Origin: Chitinophagaceae bacterium
GTDB lineage: Bacteria; Bacteroidota; Bacteroidia; Chitinophagales; Chitinophagaceae
NCBI GenBank assembly: GCA_040404005.1
Contig: JBBAJO010000017.1
Location: 5,245-69,244 of the forward strand
Length of the DNA: 64,000 nt
Direction of reading: 5' to 3'
Positions 50,741 through 60,061 of the stretch are shown piece by piece. The notes beneath the pieces are model-generated. The model had not been told where the DNA came from, made no database searches, and was given only the letters and a program-made list of their open reading frames with translations. Position 1 is the stretch's first letter. Each line of letters begins with the position of its first letter. The position numbers and the translations under genes were made by a program.

Positions 50741-51829
50741 TTAGTAACCCAAAATCGGCTTCAGCTTTCCCCATAGCTCATTATCAAAGCTGGAAACGGC
50801 GAGTTGCACATTTCCGGCGGAGTCACCCATTCGGATGACAACAATGTTCTGGGAGGGGACCACATATATCTTCTGGTCGTTTTTCCCCAATGCCGCGTAC
50901 ATATCGCTTGGCGCCGCGGGGACCATGAAACCATTGAATATGATCTGAATGGTAGGCATCATATGGGATGCTTTTCCATTTAACCAAGTGAGGTAACCAT
51001 AGGAAAGATTAAGTGTCTGCGATGAGTTGACCTGTTTGTTGAAGTAAGCGGTATCGCCGAGGATAGGCGTCTGGTCCCATATCCCCTTATTGAGCATGAG
51101 CAAACCAAAACGGGCCATACTTCTGGCATTGCTGTAATAGACGTTATTGTAGCTGCCCGTCCTGAACCAGGCTCCATTCATACCGATTCGGTTCCTGATC
51201 TTTTCCTGGAAGTAGGCATTGAAAGTTTTGCCTGATGCATTCTCGACAACTTTGTCCAGCAGCGTATAAGGAGCATTATGATAGGCCCAGCGGGCGCCTG
51301 CATCGGCTTTGTATTGAAGACAGGGCTGAAGCGTGCAATCATCGTCACCTAATCCATCGTCCAAACCGGTAGTCATGGTTAGCTGATGTTTTACCGTGAT
51401 CATATTTTCTTTGGCCAGGGGCGCGGAGGTCCAGCCTGTTCCCAGGTATTGAGACGTTCTGTTTTCTATGTTTAAAATACCTTCCTTGTTGGCAATACCT
51501 ACCAGCATAGCCGTAACGGTCTTTCCTGCAGAGGCCCAATACCAGTTACTGTCAGCCTTGAAACTTCCATAATATTTCTCAATCACGATCCGGCCGTTCT
51601 TCAAGATGATGAAGGCTTTCGTGTTTTTCGACTGGAGATAGGTTTCGAGTTCAGAGAGCGAACTGGCAGACCATCCAAGAGAAGCAGGTGTAGTGGTTTC
51701 CCAAACCGTTCCTGCTAGGGGCGGGAAATACAAAGCCGCGGGGGTAACAGCGATTGGGGGAGTTTCATTCTTTTCGCACGACGATAATGCGATCAGCACC
51801 AGCGATAATATGACCAAACGGTTTTTCAT
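50741..51829 (-). CDS. Serine hydrolase lipoprotein (beta-lactamase-related)
   Basis: Lipobox LSSC; WASAGK (SxxK), YHN and ALGK motifs. Confidence 0.88.
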   Translation of the reverse strand: MKNRLVILSLVLIALSSCEKNETPPIAVTPAALYFPPLAGTVWETTTPASLGWSASSLSELETYLQSKNTKAFIILKNGRIVIEKYYGSFKADSNWYWASAGKTVTAMLVGIANKEGILNIENRTSQYLGTGWTSAPLAKENMITVKHQLTMTTGLDDGLGDDDCTLQPCLQYKADAGARWAYHNAPYTLLDKVVENASGKTFNAYFQEKIRNRIGMNGAWFRTGSYNNVYYSNARSMARFGLLMLNKGIWDQTPILGDTAYFNKQVNSSQTLNLSYGYLTWLNGKASHMMPTIQIIFNGFMVPAAPSDMYAALGKNDQKIYVVPSQNIVVIRMGDSAGNVQLAVSSFDNELWGKLKPILGY

Positions 51830-51974
51830 AGGCTCTTTTATGTTCTCTTTGACGATGACGCCGTTAAAAAGTTTAATGCCTTATTAACAACTCCTTGCTG
51901 GATATAATATTGTTTGGCTACGGAAGGAATGGTATTTTTCTTTCGTAGCTTGATCATCATTCAATCCCAAGAAC

Positions 51975-53081
51975 ATGAAACGGAATGCTTTATTGCTCAT
52001 CTTAAGTCTGTTATTGATATCGTTCCAATACCTTAGGGCGCAACAAGCAAGGGAATATTTGCATATACAGCCGAAACCAGCCGCCATTCACGGCCGTGGC
52101 TGGAATACGGATTTACAGGAAGATTTTGACCGGCTTCCCGCCAAGGCTGAAGCGGTTGTCCGAAAAGATGTATGGAACCTTTCCAAGCATGGAGCCGGAC
52201 TCAGCATCAAATTTACATCCACAGCAGATGAGATCGTTGTAAGATACACCGTGTCTGGAAATAAAGAGATGCCTCATATGCCCGCCACTGGCGTATCCGG
52301 CGTTGACCTGTATGGAAAAACCCCAAGCGGCCCATGGGTTTGGGCCGGCGCAAAATATAGTTTTGGCGACACCATCGTGTACCGCTACACTGATCTTAAC
52401 CACGACCCTAATCGCGAATATACCCTCTATCTTCCCCTATACAATCATGTGAAATGGATGGAGATCAGTTATCCGAAGGGTAAGACGTTCGCCATCTTGG
52501 AGCCTTTAAAACAGAAACCTATTGTGGTGTATGGCACATCGATCGCCCAGGGTGGATGCGCGTCGCGACCGGGTCTGGGTTGGACAAATATTCTCGGCCG
52601 AAAAATAGGTATGCCGGTGATCAATCTGGCTTTCTCGGGAAATGGAAGACTCGAGAAAGAAGTCCTGGAGCTGATCGCAGAGATCGATGCAGAGATGTTT
52701 GTGCTCGACTGTCTGCCTAATCTGTCGGCCCCCGAGTATATGCAGGGAGAATTGAAATCGAGGTTGGTCTACGCAATAACTTTCCTACAGTCAAAAAGGC
52801 CGGGCGTTCCCATCTTGCTGAATGAGCATGCGGGATACACCAACGAATACACGAATGATGCAAGGAAGCAGGTTTATGTAGAAGCCAATAAAGTACTCGG
52901 CCAGGTATATGACTCTTTGGAGTCTGCAGGAATTAAGAATATGTACAGGCAGACTAAAGAGGAAGTTGGACAGGGCATCGAGTCAACCGTAGATGGATCT
53001 CATCCGAACGACATTGGCATGATGCAGATCGCAGAAGCGTACGATAAGAAGATCAGGACTATCTTGAAGCAGGGACGATGA
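51975..53081 (+). CDS. SGNH/GDSL hydrolase with N-terminal domain
   Basis: YGTSIAQG, NLAFSGNG and DGSHP motifs. Confidence 0.9.
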   Translation: MKRNALLLILSLLLISFQYLRAQQAREYLHIQPKPAAIHGRGWNTDLQEDFDRLPAKAEAVVRKDVWNLSKHGAGLSIKFTSTADEIVVRYTVSGNKEMPHMPATGVSGVDLYGKTPSGPWVWAGAKYSFGDTIVYRYTDLNHDPNREYTLYLPLYNHVKWMEISYPKGKTFAILEPLKQKPIVVYGTSIAQGGCASRPGLGWTNILGRKIGMPVINLAFSGNGRLEKEVLELIAEIDAEMFVLDCLPNLSAPEYMQGELKSRLVYAITFLQSKRPGVPILLNEHAGYTNEYTNDARKQVYVEANKVLGQVYDSLESAGIKNMYRQTKEEVGQGIESTVDGSHPNDIGMMQIAEAYDKKIRTILKQGR

Positions 53082-53210
53082 TCGCTCTGGAAAAGAAAAA
53101 GTGATCATCATCATGTGTATCTGGCTTTTGGTGTTAAAATTTAGAGATAGGCTATAAGCTAAAATTTTTAATGTCGGGTATCGGGTATCTTTACAACTAA
53201 TTGAATAAAT

Positions 53211-53744
53211 ATGAAAAGCAAGTGTATAGCCCTATTTTCTGCCATGGTTTTTTTTGTTTCTGCTTTCGGCCAAACCAATTCAAAGGATAAGAAGATCGTT
53301 GAGGACAGTAAGAATGCAAAAGCTGATTTCATATCAACGGATGGCTTGATGAAGAGCCTTTTTGAGACTGCCCATGCCTACGTCATATTCCCAAATGTAG
53401 GTAAAGGCGGATTGGGCGTAGGTGGTGCTCTCGGAAATGGAGCGGTGTATGAAAAAGGTAAACTGATCGGGATGGCCAAGTTGACGCAGTTGAACATTGG
53501 ATTCCAGGCTGGAGGGCAGTCTTACCGGGAAGTTATTTTCTTTGAGACCGAAGAAGTATTGAAGAACTTCAAAGAAGACAAAGTTCAGCTCTCGGCCCAG
53601 GCATCTGCGGTTATTGCGGATCAGGGCGCAGCAGCCAACGCTAAATACAAGAATGGTGTGATGGTTTTTACCCACGTGAAGGGAGGCCTGATGTACGAAG
53701 CATCAGTAGGCGGTCAGAAGTTTAATTTCAGAGAGCTCGAATAA
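53211..53744 (+). CDS. SYLF/Ysc84 lipid-binding domain protein, secreted
   Basis: FPNVGKGGLGVGG, GFQAGGQ and GGLMYEASVGGQKF motifs. Confidence 0.9.
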   Translation: MKSKCIALFSAMVFFVSAFGQTNSKDKKIVEDSKNAKADFISTDGLMKSLFETAHAYVIFPNVGKGGLGVGGALGNGAVYEKGKLIGMAKLTQLNIGFQAGGQSYREVIFFETEEVLKNFKEDKVQLSAQASAVIADQGAAANAKYKNGVMVFTHVKGGLMYEASVGGQKFNFRELE

Positions 53745-53749
53745 ATTCA

Positions 53750-55195
53750 TTGCCCATGCGGATGACTTCTTTATTAATCCTCCTGATGCTTGCAGGCCAA
53801 AGCTTCACGGAGAAACCTGGCCCAGCAGCCCAGCCCAATGTGATCCTGATTTTTCTGGACGATATGGGCAATGGCGATCTGGGTGTTACCGGCGCGTTGG
53901 ACTATCAAACGCCGAATATTGACCGGATGGCCAATGAAGGCGTCCGCTTTACCAACTTTGTCACCGCGCAGGCAGTGTGCAGTGCGTCAAGAACAGGCTT
54001 ACTCACTGGTTGTTATCCTAACCGCCTCGGTATCTCGGGTGCGCTTTTTCCGACAGACAGTATTGGCATCAATCCTGCGGAAACAACCATGGCGGAAATG
54101 TTGAAGCAAAAAGGTTACGCTACTTCGGCTATCGGTAAATGGCATTTAGGTCATCATAAAATGTTCTTGCCCCTGCAACATGGATTTGATGAATATTTTG
54201 GCATACCGTATTCGAACGATATGTGGCCAGTGATGTTCGATGGCACCCCGGCGCCCGAAACCCATCGCAAATTCAAGCTTCCCGTATTGCCGTTGATAAA
54301 GGGCAATGAAAAATTTGCGGAAATTAAAACCCTGGATGATCAGGCTACGCTGACAAAAAGATATACGGAAGAAGCGGTATCGTTTATCAAAAGGAATTCC
54401 AAGAAGCCATTTTTTCTGTACATGCCTCACTCCATGCCCCATGTCCCCATTGCGGCATCTGCACAATTTAAGGGGAAGAGTAAGCAAGGTATGTTTGGTG
54501 ATGTGATGATGGAGATCGACTGGTCCGTTGGAGAGATTATCCGAACGCTGAAAGAGCAGGGTATCGACAAAAATACCATCGTGATCTTTACCAGCGATAA
54601 CGGCCCCTGGTTGAACTTTGGGAATCATGCGGGCTCTTCCAGTGGCTTTCGTGAGGGCAAAGGCACGGTTTGGGAAGGTGGTTTGAGGGTGCCCTGCATC
54701 GTTAGGTGGAAGGGCAGTTTGCAGGAAGGAGTTGTTTGTAATAAGCTGAGTTCCACCATTGATCTTATGCCCACTATAGCAGCCATTACGGGGACCAGAT
54801 TGCCTGCCCATAACATAGATGGCGTAAACCTGTTGCCTTTGCTGGAAGGTAAAGATGTCACTCCCCGCCGCGAGTTCTACTATTACTATGGTAAAAATGG
54901 ATTGAGGGCCGTGCGGTTAGATGATTGGAAGCTGATGCTGCCGCATAATGGACAAAGTTATGAGAACCAATTGCCGGGTAATGATGGTTTCCCTGGAGAA
55001 ACCAAAATTGTTCCCGTGGCCCTGGCGCTTTATGATTTGCGCCGAGATCCCGGCGAGCGTTACGATGTGAAAGACAAATACCCGGAGATCGTTGCTACGC
55101 TCCAGAAATTGGCTACTCAAGCCAGGGAAGACCTTGGAGATGACATCACGCAGGTGGTTGGAAAGAACGTCAGACCTGTGGGCAGAATGAATTAG
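53750..55195 (+). CDS. Sulfatase (S1, Cys-type)
   Basis: PNVILIFLDD, CSASR (CxAxR variant), GKWHLG, PHVP and FTSDNG motifs. Confidence 0.93.
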   Translation: MPMRMTSLLILLMLAGQSFTEKPGPAAQPNVILIFLDDMGNGDLGVTGALDYQTPNIDRMANEGVRFTNFVTAQAVCSASRTGLLTGCYPNRLGISGALFPTDSIGINPAETTMAEMLKQKGYATSAIGKWHLGHHKMFLPLQHGFDEYFGIPYSNDMWPVMFDGTPAPETHRKFKLPVLPLIKGNEKFAEIKTLDDQATLTKRYTEEAVSFIKRNSKKPFFLYMPHSMPHVPIAASAQFKGKSKQGMFGDVMMEIDWSVGEIIRTLKEQGIDKNTIVIFTSDNGPWLNFGNHAGSSSGFREGKGTVWEGGLRVPCIVRWKGSLQEGVVCNKLSSTIDLMPTIAAITGTRLPAHNIDGVNLLPLLEGKDVTPRREFYYYYGKNGLRAVRLDDWKLMLPHNGQSYENQLPGNDGFPGETKIVPVALALYDLRRDPGERYDVKDKYPEIVATLQKLATQAREDLGDDITQVVGKNVRPVGRMN

Positions 55196-55224
55196 GCGGG
55201 TAGTGGTACAGAAAGTGCTGGCGA

Positions 55225-55545
55225 ATGCAACTAAAAAAAGTAACGGTGAAAAAAGTATTATTGATTTTCCTCTATCAATTGGGTATTTTCCTATCATACA
55301 CTATAGTACTTTCACTAAAGTTTGTTTATGATGAATGGCCTAATCCGATAGGCAACGGATTGCAGACGTGGATCTGCTGGCTTGTCCATATTACAGTAGT
55401 GATATTTTTGATTTATTATCGCAGGCACCAGTTTACCAAGTCGGAAGTTTTGATTCGTGTTGTGGCTCTGATAACCCCGATAATTTTATACATGGTATTC
55501 AGTAAACCAATTGATGAACTCTTGTGGGAATGGAGAGCAGACTAG
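55225..55545 (+). CDS. Small membrane hypothetical protein (AT-rich)
   Basis: Three hydrophobic segments; the start is uncertain. Confidence 0.5.
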   Translation: MQLKKVTVKKVLLIFLYQLGIFLSYTIVLSLKFVYDEWPNPIGNGLQTWICWLVHITVVIFLIYYRRHQFTKSEVLIRVVALITPIILYMVFSKPIDELLWEWRAD

Positions 55546-55564
55546 TTTTTTAAATCTGATAAAT

Positions 55565-55873
55565 ATGAAGATTGTTGATTTTTTTAGTAAATGTTGCTTT
55601 ACCGGTATAGTATGCCTTTTTATCAGTATACCGCTCTTTAGCCAGATTAAGGTAAAAGGAGCAGGAAATGAATCATTCCGACCTGCCTTAAATAATTTTA
55701 TTCCATACAAGTTCGTCTATAAGGACAGGCTTCTTGATCTATAATTAAATAATAACGATCTTGCAAATGCGAGAAAAACAGCTCAGCTGATAGTTACCTT
55801 GCTAGTGAAAAAAGATAATCAGGCTGTTAGAAATGTTAAAGACAAAGCCAAAGCAATATTGAATATAAAGTAA
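55565..55873 (+). pseudogene. Disrupted ORF, possibly a deleted O-antigen-ligase-like/TPR-tail gene
   Basis: The frame continues through TAA at 55742-55744: ...DRLLDL*LNNNDLANARKTAQLIVTLLVKKDNQAVRNVKDKAKAILNIK. The family guess is from recall only. Confidence 0.4.
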
Positions 55874-56016
55874 GCATGTATTTATAACTGTATGTATTCC
55901 CCTGAATGCCCAACTCCACTTTGCCAGCTATCCTTGGTGAGCTGAAAGCGTAAGTGAATGGGCAAAGATAATTTTTGTACTTGGCGATGCGGAAGTTTAA
56001 TGCGAAACAACCGCGG

Positions 56017-56115
56017 CTACGCCAGCGTTTCATCCACCAGATTAAGAGTAGACTCATAATTTTTCTTCACCGCTTCACTCATCGCCATTTCACAGGTTTT
56101 GGTGGATGAATTGTA
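56017..56115 (-). repeat. Stranded diverged copy of the last 32 codons plus stop of the Dld-type gene (partner 60062..60160)
   Basis: Translates YNSSTKTCEMAMSEAVKKNYESTLNLVDETLA* against YYSSTKTCEMAMSEAVKKNYESILYLVDESLA*; 81/99 nt identical by manual alignment. Confidence 0.95.
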
Positions 56116-56540
56116 CAACGTTTCCCCCTGTGTGTGCTTATGGGAACTGTCGCGTCTTTTCTAAACTAAAAATGTATTTCGTTAAACGAATTGGTTCCTT
56201 TATTAAGTCTTTAGTAAGATCCGGGGTTTAATCATATTTTTTCTTTACGTGTCTGGTGGAGTATTATGTATTCGAGTTTTGCCCTTGAATGGCCTTGATG
56301 ATATGTTTACGGGGGAAAGACGACGATATTATGTGAAAAAACGCTGATTCGTTGTGGAAAACACCAGAGGGGATCCCCATCGTATTATGATCTTTGATTT
56401 TGAAGGGGATGGACAGATCCCACTTCATTAACACTTCTACCAGCATGGTATGGAGATGCCTATTCTTTCTGAGTGACTAAATAGTCGTTAGGGCAAACAA
56501 TTCATGTTAAAAATAATATTTAGCTAATCATTCATCCACT

Positions 56541-56783
56541 ATGATAACCGTCATCAGACGCATAGATAAAATGAACTATCTGATTCGCAGTAAGAGAACT
56601 GGAACTCCCATTCAATTTGCCGAAAAACTTGAGATATCCGAAAGCACTTTGTATCAGCATTTGAACGACCTGCGGGAACTTGGAGCGCCGATAGCCTATG
56701 ATAAGTTTCGGCAAACCTACTACTACGAAACTTGCGGCGAAATCAAAATCCATTTCGAAAAAGTACATGACAAGAATATATAG
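56541..56783 (+). CDS. Small winged-HTH protein (Bacteroidota TGTP-type, resembling the HTH module of WYL regulators but with no WYL domain)
   Basis: RTGTPIQFAEKLEISESTLYQHLNDLRELGAPIAYDKFRQTYYY. Confidence 0.88.
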   Translation: MITVIRRIDKMNYLIRSKRTGTPIQFAEKLEISESTLYQHLNDLRELGAPIAYDKFRQTYYYETCGEIKIHFEKVHDKNI

Positions 56784-56950
56784 TATATCATACTATCCGT
56801 TTTCAGATATAAAGTACAAAAGCTGTTAGATATTCGTCTACAATATTGGAAGCTGTGATTTGCCATTGGCTGATGTTATAATGCCAATCCCAAGCTACAT
56901 CTAACCCAATATTATAGGCAGTTATTTAATCTTGCTTTACACTTCCTCGA

Positions 56951-57457
56951 TTATTTTATTTGTTCAAGTTTATCTCTATAACTTTCAGGTATACTTGCGA
57001 TATCGATTATCTGCAATGTTGGAACATGAGAAGTTGGCAATGTATTTTTTACTAGAATTTCATTTATAATCGGATCTGATATTTTCCACATTGCACCAGT
57101 TGCTGGATCAATTATCAACATGCCAAGTAAACCTCCAATGAGTAAATTTCCCCAATACCAACCATCAATTTTGAAATTAATAGGTACTATTTTTTCTTCG
57201 TAACCTGCAGCAGAAATTCTCACTCTATATTCCGCTCTTGTGAAAAATCCCGCACCTGCTTTTAATTCTACAGTCGCGGGGCTGGAGCCTTTATATATTT
57301 CATTTCCTTTTTTATTTGTAATACTGATGCTTGCGCCTTTTGGTTCTGTCCTAACATTCACATGATAAGTAGATCGACTAACAATAGAGGCACAACCCGA
57401 AAGAATGACGGCAAGAAAAAGAGTTAGTCCTGAGGTTTTGAAAATATATTTTATCAT
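56951..57457 (-). CDS. PEGA-like lipoprotein
   Basis: Lipobox LSGCASI; VRTEPKGASISI; glycine-rich GNLLIGGLLGMLIIDPATGAMW. Confidence 0.85.
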   Translation of the reverse strand: MIKYIFKTSGLTLFLAVILSGCASIVSRSTYHVNVRTEPKGASISITNKKGNEIYKGSSPATVELKAGAGFFTRAEYRVRISAAGYEEKIVPINFKIDGWYWGNLLIGGLLGMLIIDPATGAMWKISDPIINEILVKNTLPTSHVPTLQIIDIASIPESYRDKLEQIK

Positions 57458-57575
57458 TTTACCGGATTTATAATGAATAAAATAACTGTTTTTCTTTAGA
57501 AATCACTGATGTCTATGATATTTTAACAGATTGGCGATTTAGTTTCATACAAGTTGTAGTATCGCTGCATAGGGT

Positions 57576-58280
57576 TCAGGGTTTCTTTTTAATCCTTTTG
57601 TCGGCAACCGGTTTACCGAAGGGTATGGCGATATGTCCGAGGAAGGCCAGGTTCTCTAAGCCTATGCCATAAGTGTATGCGGTATTGACCATGAGTCCCA
57701 GTTTGAGGTTCTTGTTGATCTGCCAATGATGGGCCACGGTGAGCGGAATGGCCCAGTCCTCGAAATAAGACCAGTAAGGCTGGGCACTCATATAGGTAAT
57801 GGTAGTTGGGTTGGCCGGATCATCTGTGAAATAGAACGGAAAGTTGCTTTTTTGAATCTGCACCTGAAAACCTGACCCGAAGGACCATGACCCGTTTTTC
57901 CCGCTGGGGAAGCTACGGTAATAATTCATGGTGAAGTGCCAGCGCCTCGTTACCCGTTTGAGGTCCATCCATACGGCCAGGGGATCATTACCGATTCCCA
58001 AAGGCATTCTCCATTGGGCATTCTGAAAGTAAAGGGAGACCGCGGATCTGGCGTTGAAGTGGTAATTGAGTTCAATGCGGTCTATTTTTCCCGGATGCAC
58101 CGTTTTGCCCGGCTTTGTGGGGTAGCCGGGGGGAGGGGGGGCTATTGTATAGAAAAGATCGAGGAAAAGCCCGCTTCCTACGGAAGCTTCCCACCTGGAG
58201 GTGGGAAGCCTTGTAGATTTTTCCTGTGCCATTGACAGGGAAGCTTGGAACAGGAGCAGCATTAGGAGGATTACACGCAT
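57576..58280 (-). CDS. Putative outer-membrane beta-barrel hypothetical protein
   Basis: Signal peptide; alternating aromatic/hydrophobic beta-strand pattern throughout. Confidence 0.6.
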   Translation of the reverse strand: MRVILLMLLLFQASLSMAQEKSTRLPTSRWEASVGSGLFLDLFYTIAPPPPGYPTKPGKTVHPGKIDRIELNYHFNARSAVSLYFQNAQWRMPLGIGNDPLAVWMDLKRVTRRWHFTMNYYRSFPSGKNGSWSFGSGFQVQIQKSNFPFYFTDDPANPTTITYMSAQPYWSYFEDWAIPLTVAHHWQINKNLKLGLMVNTAYTYGIGLENLAFLGHIAIPFGKPVADKRIKKKP

Positions 58281-58339
58281 AGTAACTGTTTGAAAGCGAA
58301 ATATAGGAACAGGATGCTCCGTTATGTTTTTTAACTTAT

Positions 58340-59821
58340 CTAATCAATGACTAAGCTAACCATAACCGCATTCTTTCCATAGGGTCGGAAACCATTTAAT
58401 AATGACGGATCCATCCCATTGGTAGGTACGCGCAGACCAGCCCAAACCGCATTGCTGCCGATGACCCCATAATGCTCGATGCGGGAGTCGGCTGTTCCTT
58501 CCAACAGAACCTTAACCAGGGGGGCAACTCCAGCGCTGGCCAGTGAAGATAAGGTAGACCTGGTGGCAGAGTCCCCAACCAGTCCTACAGCTGCAGTCAG
58601 CAGGTTGGACCATTCAGCGGCGTTTCTGCTGAACATATTTGGCTTATCATACTCATAGAGAAACATCATCTTGTCGGGCTGCCCAGGGCACCAGGGGCCA
58701 ACGCTGATTCCAATACTAACATACTCATTCTTACTATCTTGCATCCTCCTCACCTTATTGCGCTTGATTCTCACGTAGCCCCAAGCCTGCGCCTTTCTAT
58801 CTATCTGGATGATCGGATTGGATTGCGGGTTCTGATTGGGTATGGTAACATCTGAAATGTCACGGGATACAGCTACTCCAAATTCTATCCTGTTCTCAAA
58901 GATGCCGTAAGCGTTGTTCAGCAATGTCCAGCGGCCGTCCTTCACATACAGGGTTGACAAACATGGGGACGGGTTCGGATCAGCTACCTGATTCTGCAGA
59001 ACGATCGAGTTGTATTGTTCATCGGTAAGGGTAACCCTGTAATTCTCCGTTTCAATTGGTATGTTCCCATTACTGAAATCATCGAGTGTCAATCCGTCAT
59101 CATATGTAAGGATATAGGTAGGATGCTCGTACGCATATTCATCATTTACGATGACGTCAGGGAGTAAGTTTCCGGATGCGTCGTACGACTTTCCATAATT
59201 CCATTCATCTGTCGTCAGCGGGTGATAGCTTACGGCATATCCCATATCTGACTGTGAGGGCCAATTCTCGGAGTATGGGAAATAGATCATATAAGGTATC
59301 CCATCAGGGCTGCTATTGTAAACACTGCTGGTTCCTGATGAACCGATTGAAGAATTGTTGATTACAGTTTTTATATCATAGTAAGCTGCAACTTGATCCA
59401 AGTTTGTGAAAGCGTTGTTGCTGTACTTACTACTATTTGGATACCTGCCACTGATGAAGGTTCCTACGAAAGCATCCCGAAAACGTATAAGAAAATCGGG
59501 CTTAACTCCTGCCAGCGTAATGTTTCTGGCATTGAATATTTCCTTGAAACTCAGATCTTCATCTGTGCCAGATTTAGCGAGTTTTGCAGCAATGAAGCCG
59601 TTAAACTCCTTTCTGAGTTGAGGGTTTGAGGAGAAGAGGCCTTGTAATACCCAGGAGGCACGCTCAAATTTGTCAACTGTTTCTTTCTCTTTTGAATTAA
59701 GTGTTTTTAGGGGGCTTGAATCCATCGACTCCGTCATTGACTTGCTCTGGTCTTTTTTACATGATGAAAATACCAATAGCATGAAGAAAAACAGCGTACT
59801 AAATGTAGTAGGGAATTTCAT
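58340..59821 (-). CDS. Large lipoprotein of unknown function (493 aa)
   Basis: Lipobox FSSCKKD; IYFPYSENW and VNDEYAYEHP motifs; late hydrophobic/amphipathic segment LLTAAVGLVG...AGVAPLVKVLL. Confidence 0.8.
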   Translation of the reverse strand: MKFPTTFSTLFFFMLLVFSSCKKDQSKSMTESMDSSPLKTLNSKEKETVDKFERASWVLQGLFSSNPQLRKEFNGFIAAKLAKSGTDEDLSFKEIFNARNITLAGVKPDFLIRFRDAFVGTFISGRYPNSSKYSNNAFTNLDQVAAYYDIKTVINNSSIGSSGTSSVYNSSPDGIPYMIYFPYSENWPSQSDMGYAVSYHPLTTDEWNYGKSYDASGNLLPDVIVNDEYAYEHPTYILTYDDGLTLDDFSNGNIPIETENYRVTLTDEQYNSIVLQNQVADPNPSPCLSTLYVKDGRWTLLNNAYGIFENRIEFGVAVSRDISDVTIPNQNPQSNPIIQIDRKAQAWGYVRIKRNKVRRMQDSKNEYVSIGISVGPWCPGQPDKMMFLYEYDKPNMFSRNAAEWSNLLTAAVGLVGDSATRSTLSSLASAGVAPLVKVLLEGTADSRIEHYGVIGSNAVWAGLRVPTNGMDPSLLNGFRPYGKNAVMVSLVID

Positions 59822-59857
59822 AAATAATTTTTTGTTTAGCTAAATGTACCTTCCGCT

Positions 59858-59876
59858 ACTCCGACAGGATTGGAGT
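59858..59876. promoter_or_regulatory. Palindrome ACTCC-N9-GGAGT, candidate operator upstream of the lipoprotein cassette
   Basis: actccgacaggattggagt, 37-55 nt upstream of the ATG at 59821 (minus strand). Confidence 0.45.
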
Positions 59877-60061
59877 GAAGTATTCTATTCTAAAGAATCG
59901 ATGTTAAAATACTCTCACGCGCTTAACTAATCAGCGAATAAGTCATTATGGAGATCAACAAAATCGGGTGGATAAAATATATATTCACGGCAAAGTATTC
60001 AATAAGAATAAGGTGAATTCTATACCTTGAGATGCTTAAGCTTAATGTGAAACCTGTAGGG

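Noticed and set aside
56264-56446. 60-aa minus-strand ORF considered as a RAYT/IS200 transposase or TonB-plug fragment
   Set aside because: No HUH or catalytic Tyr motif and no plug signature; the resemblance is too weak.
56116-60061. Calling the bracketed cassette an ICE or prophage
   Set aside because: No integrase, relaxase, conjugation or phage genes are present; it is reported only as a cassette with a duplicated gene end.
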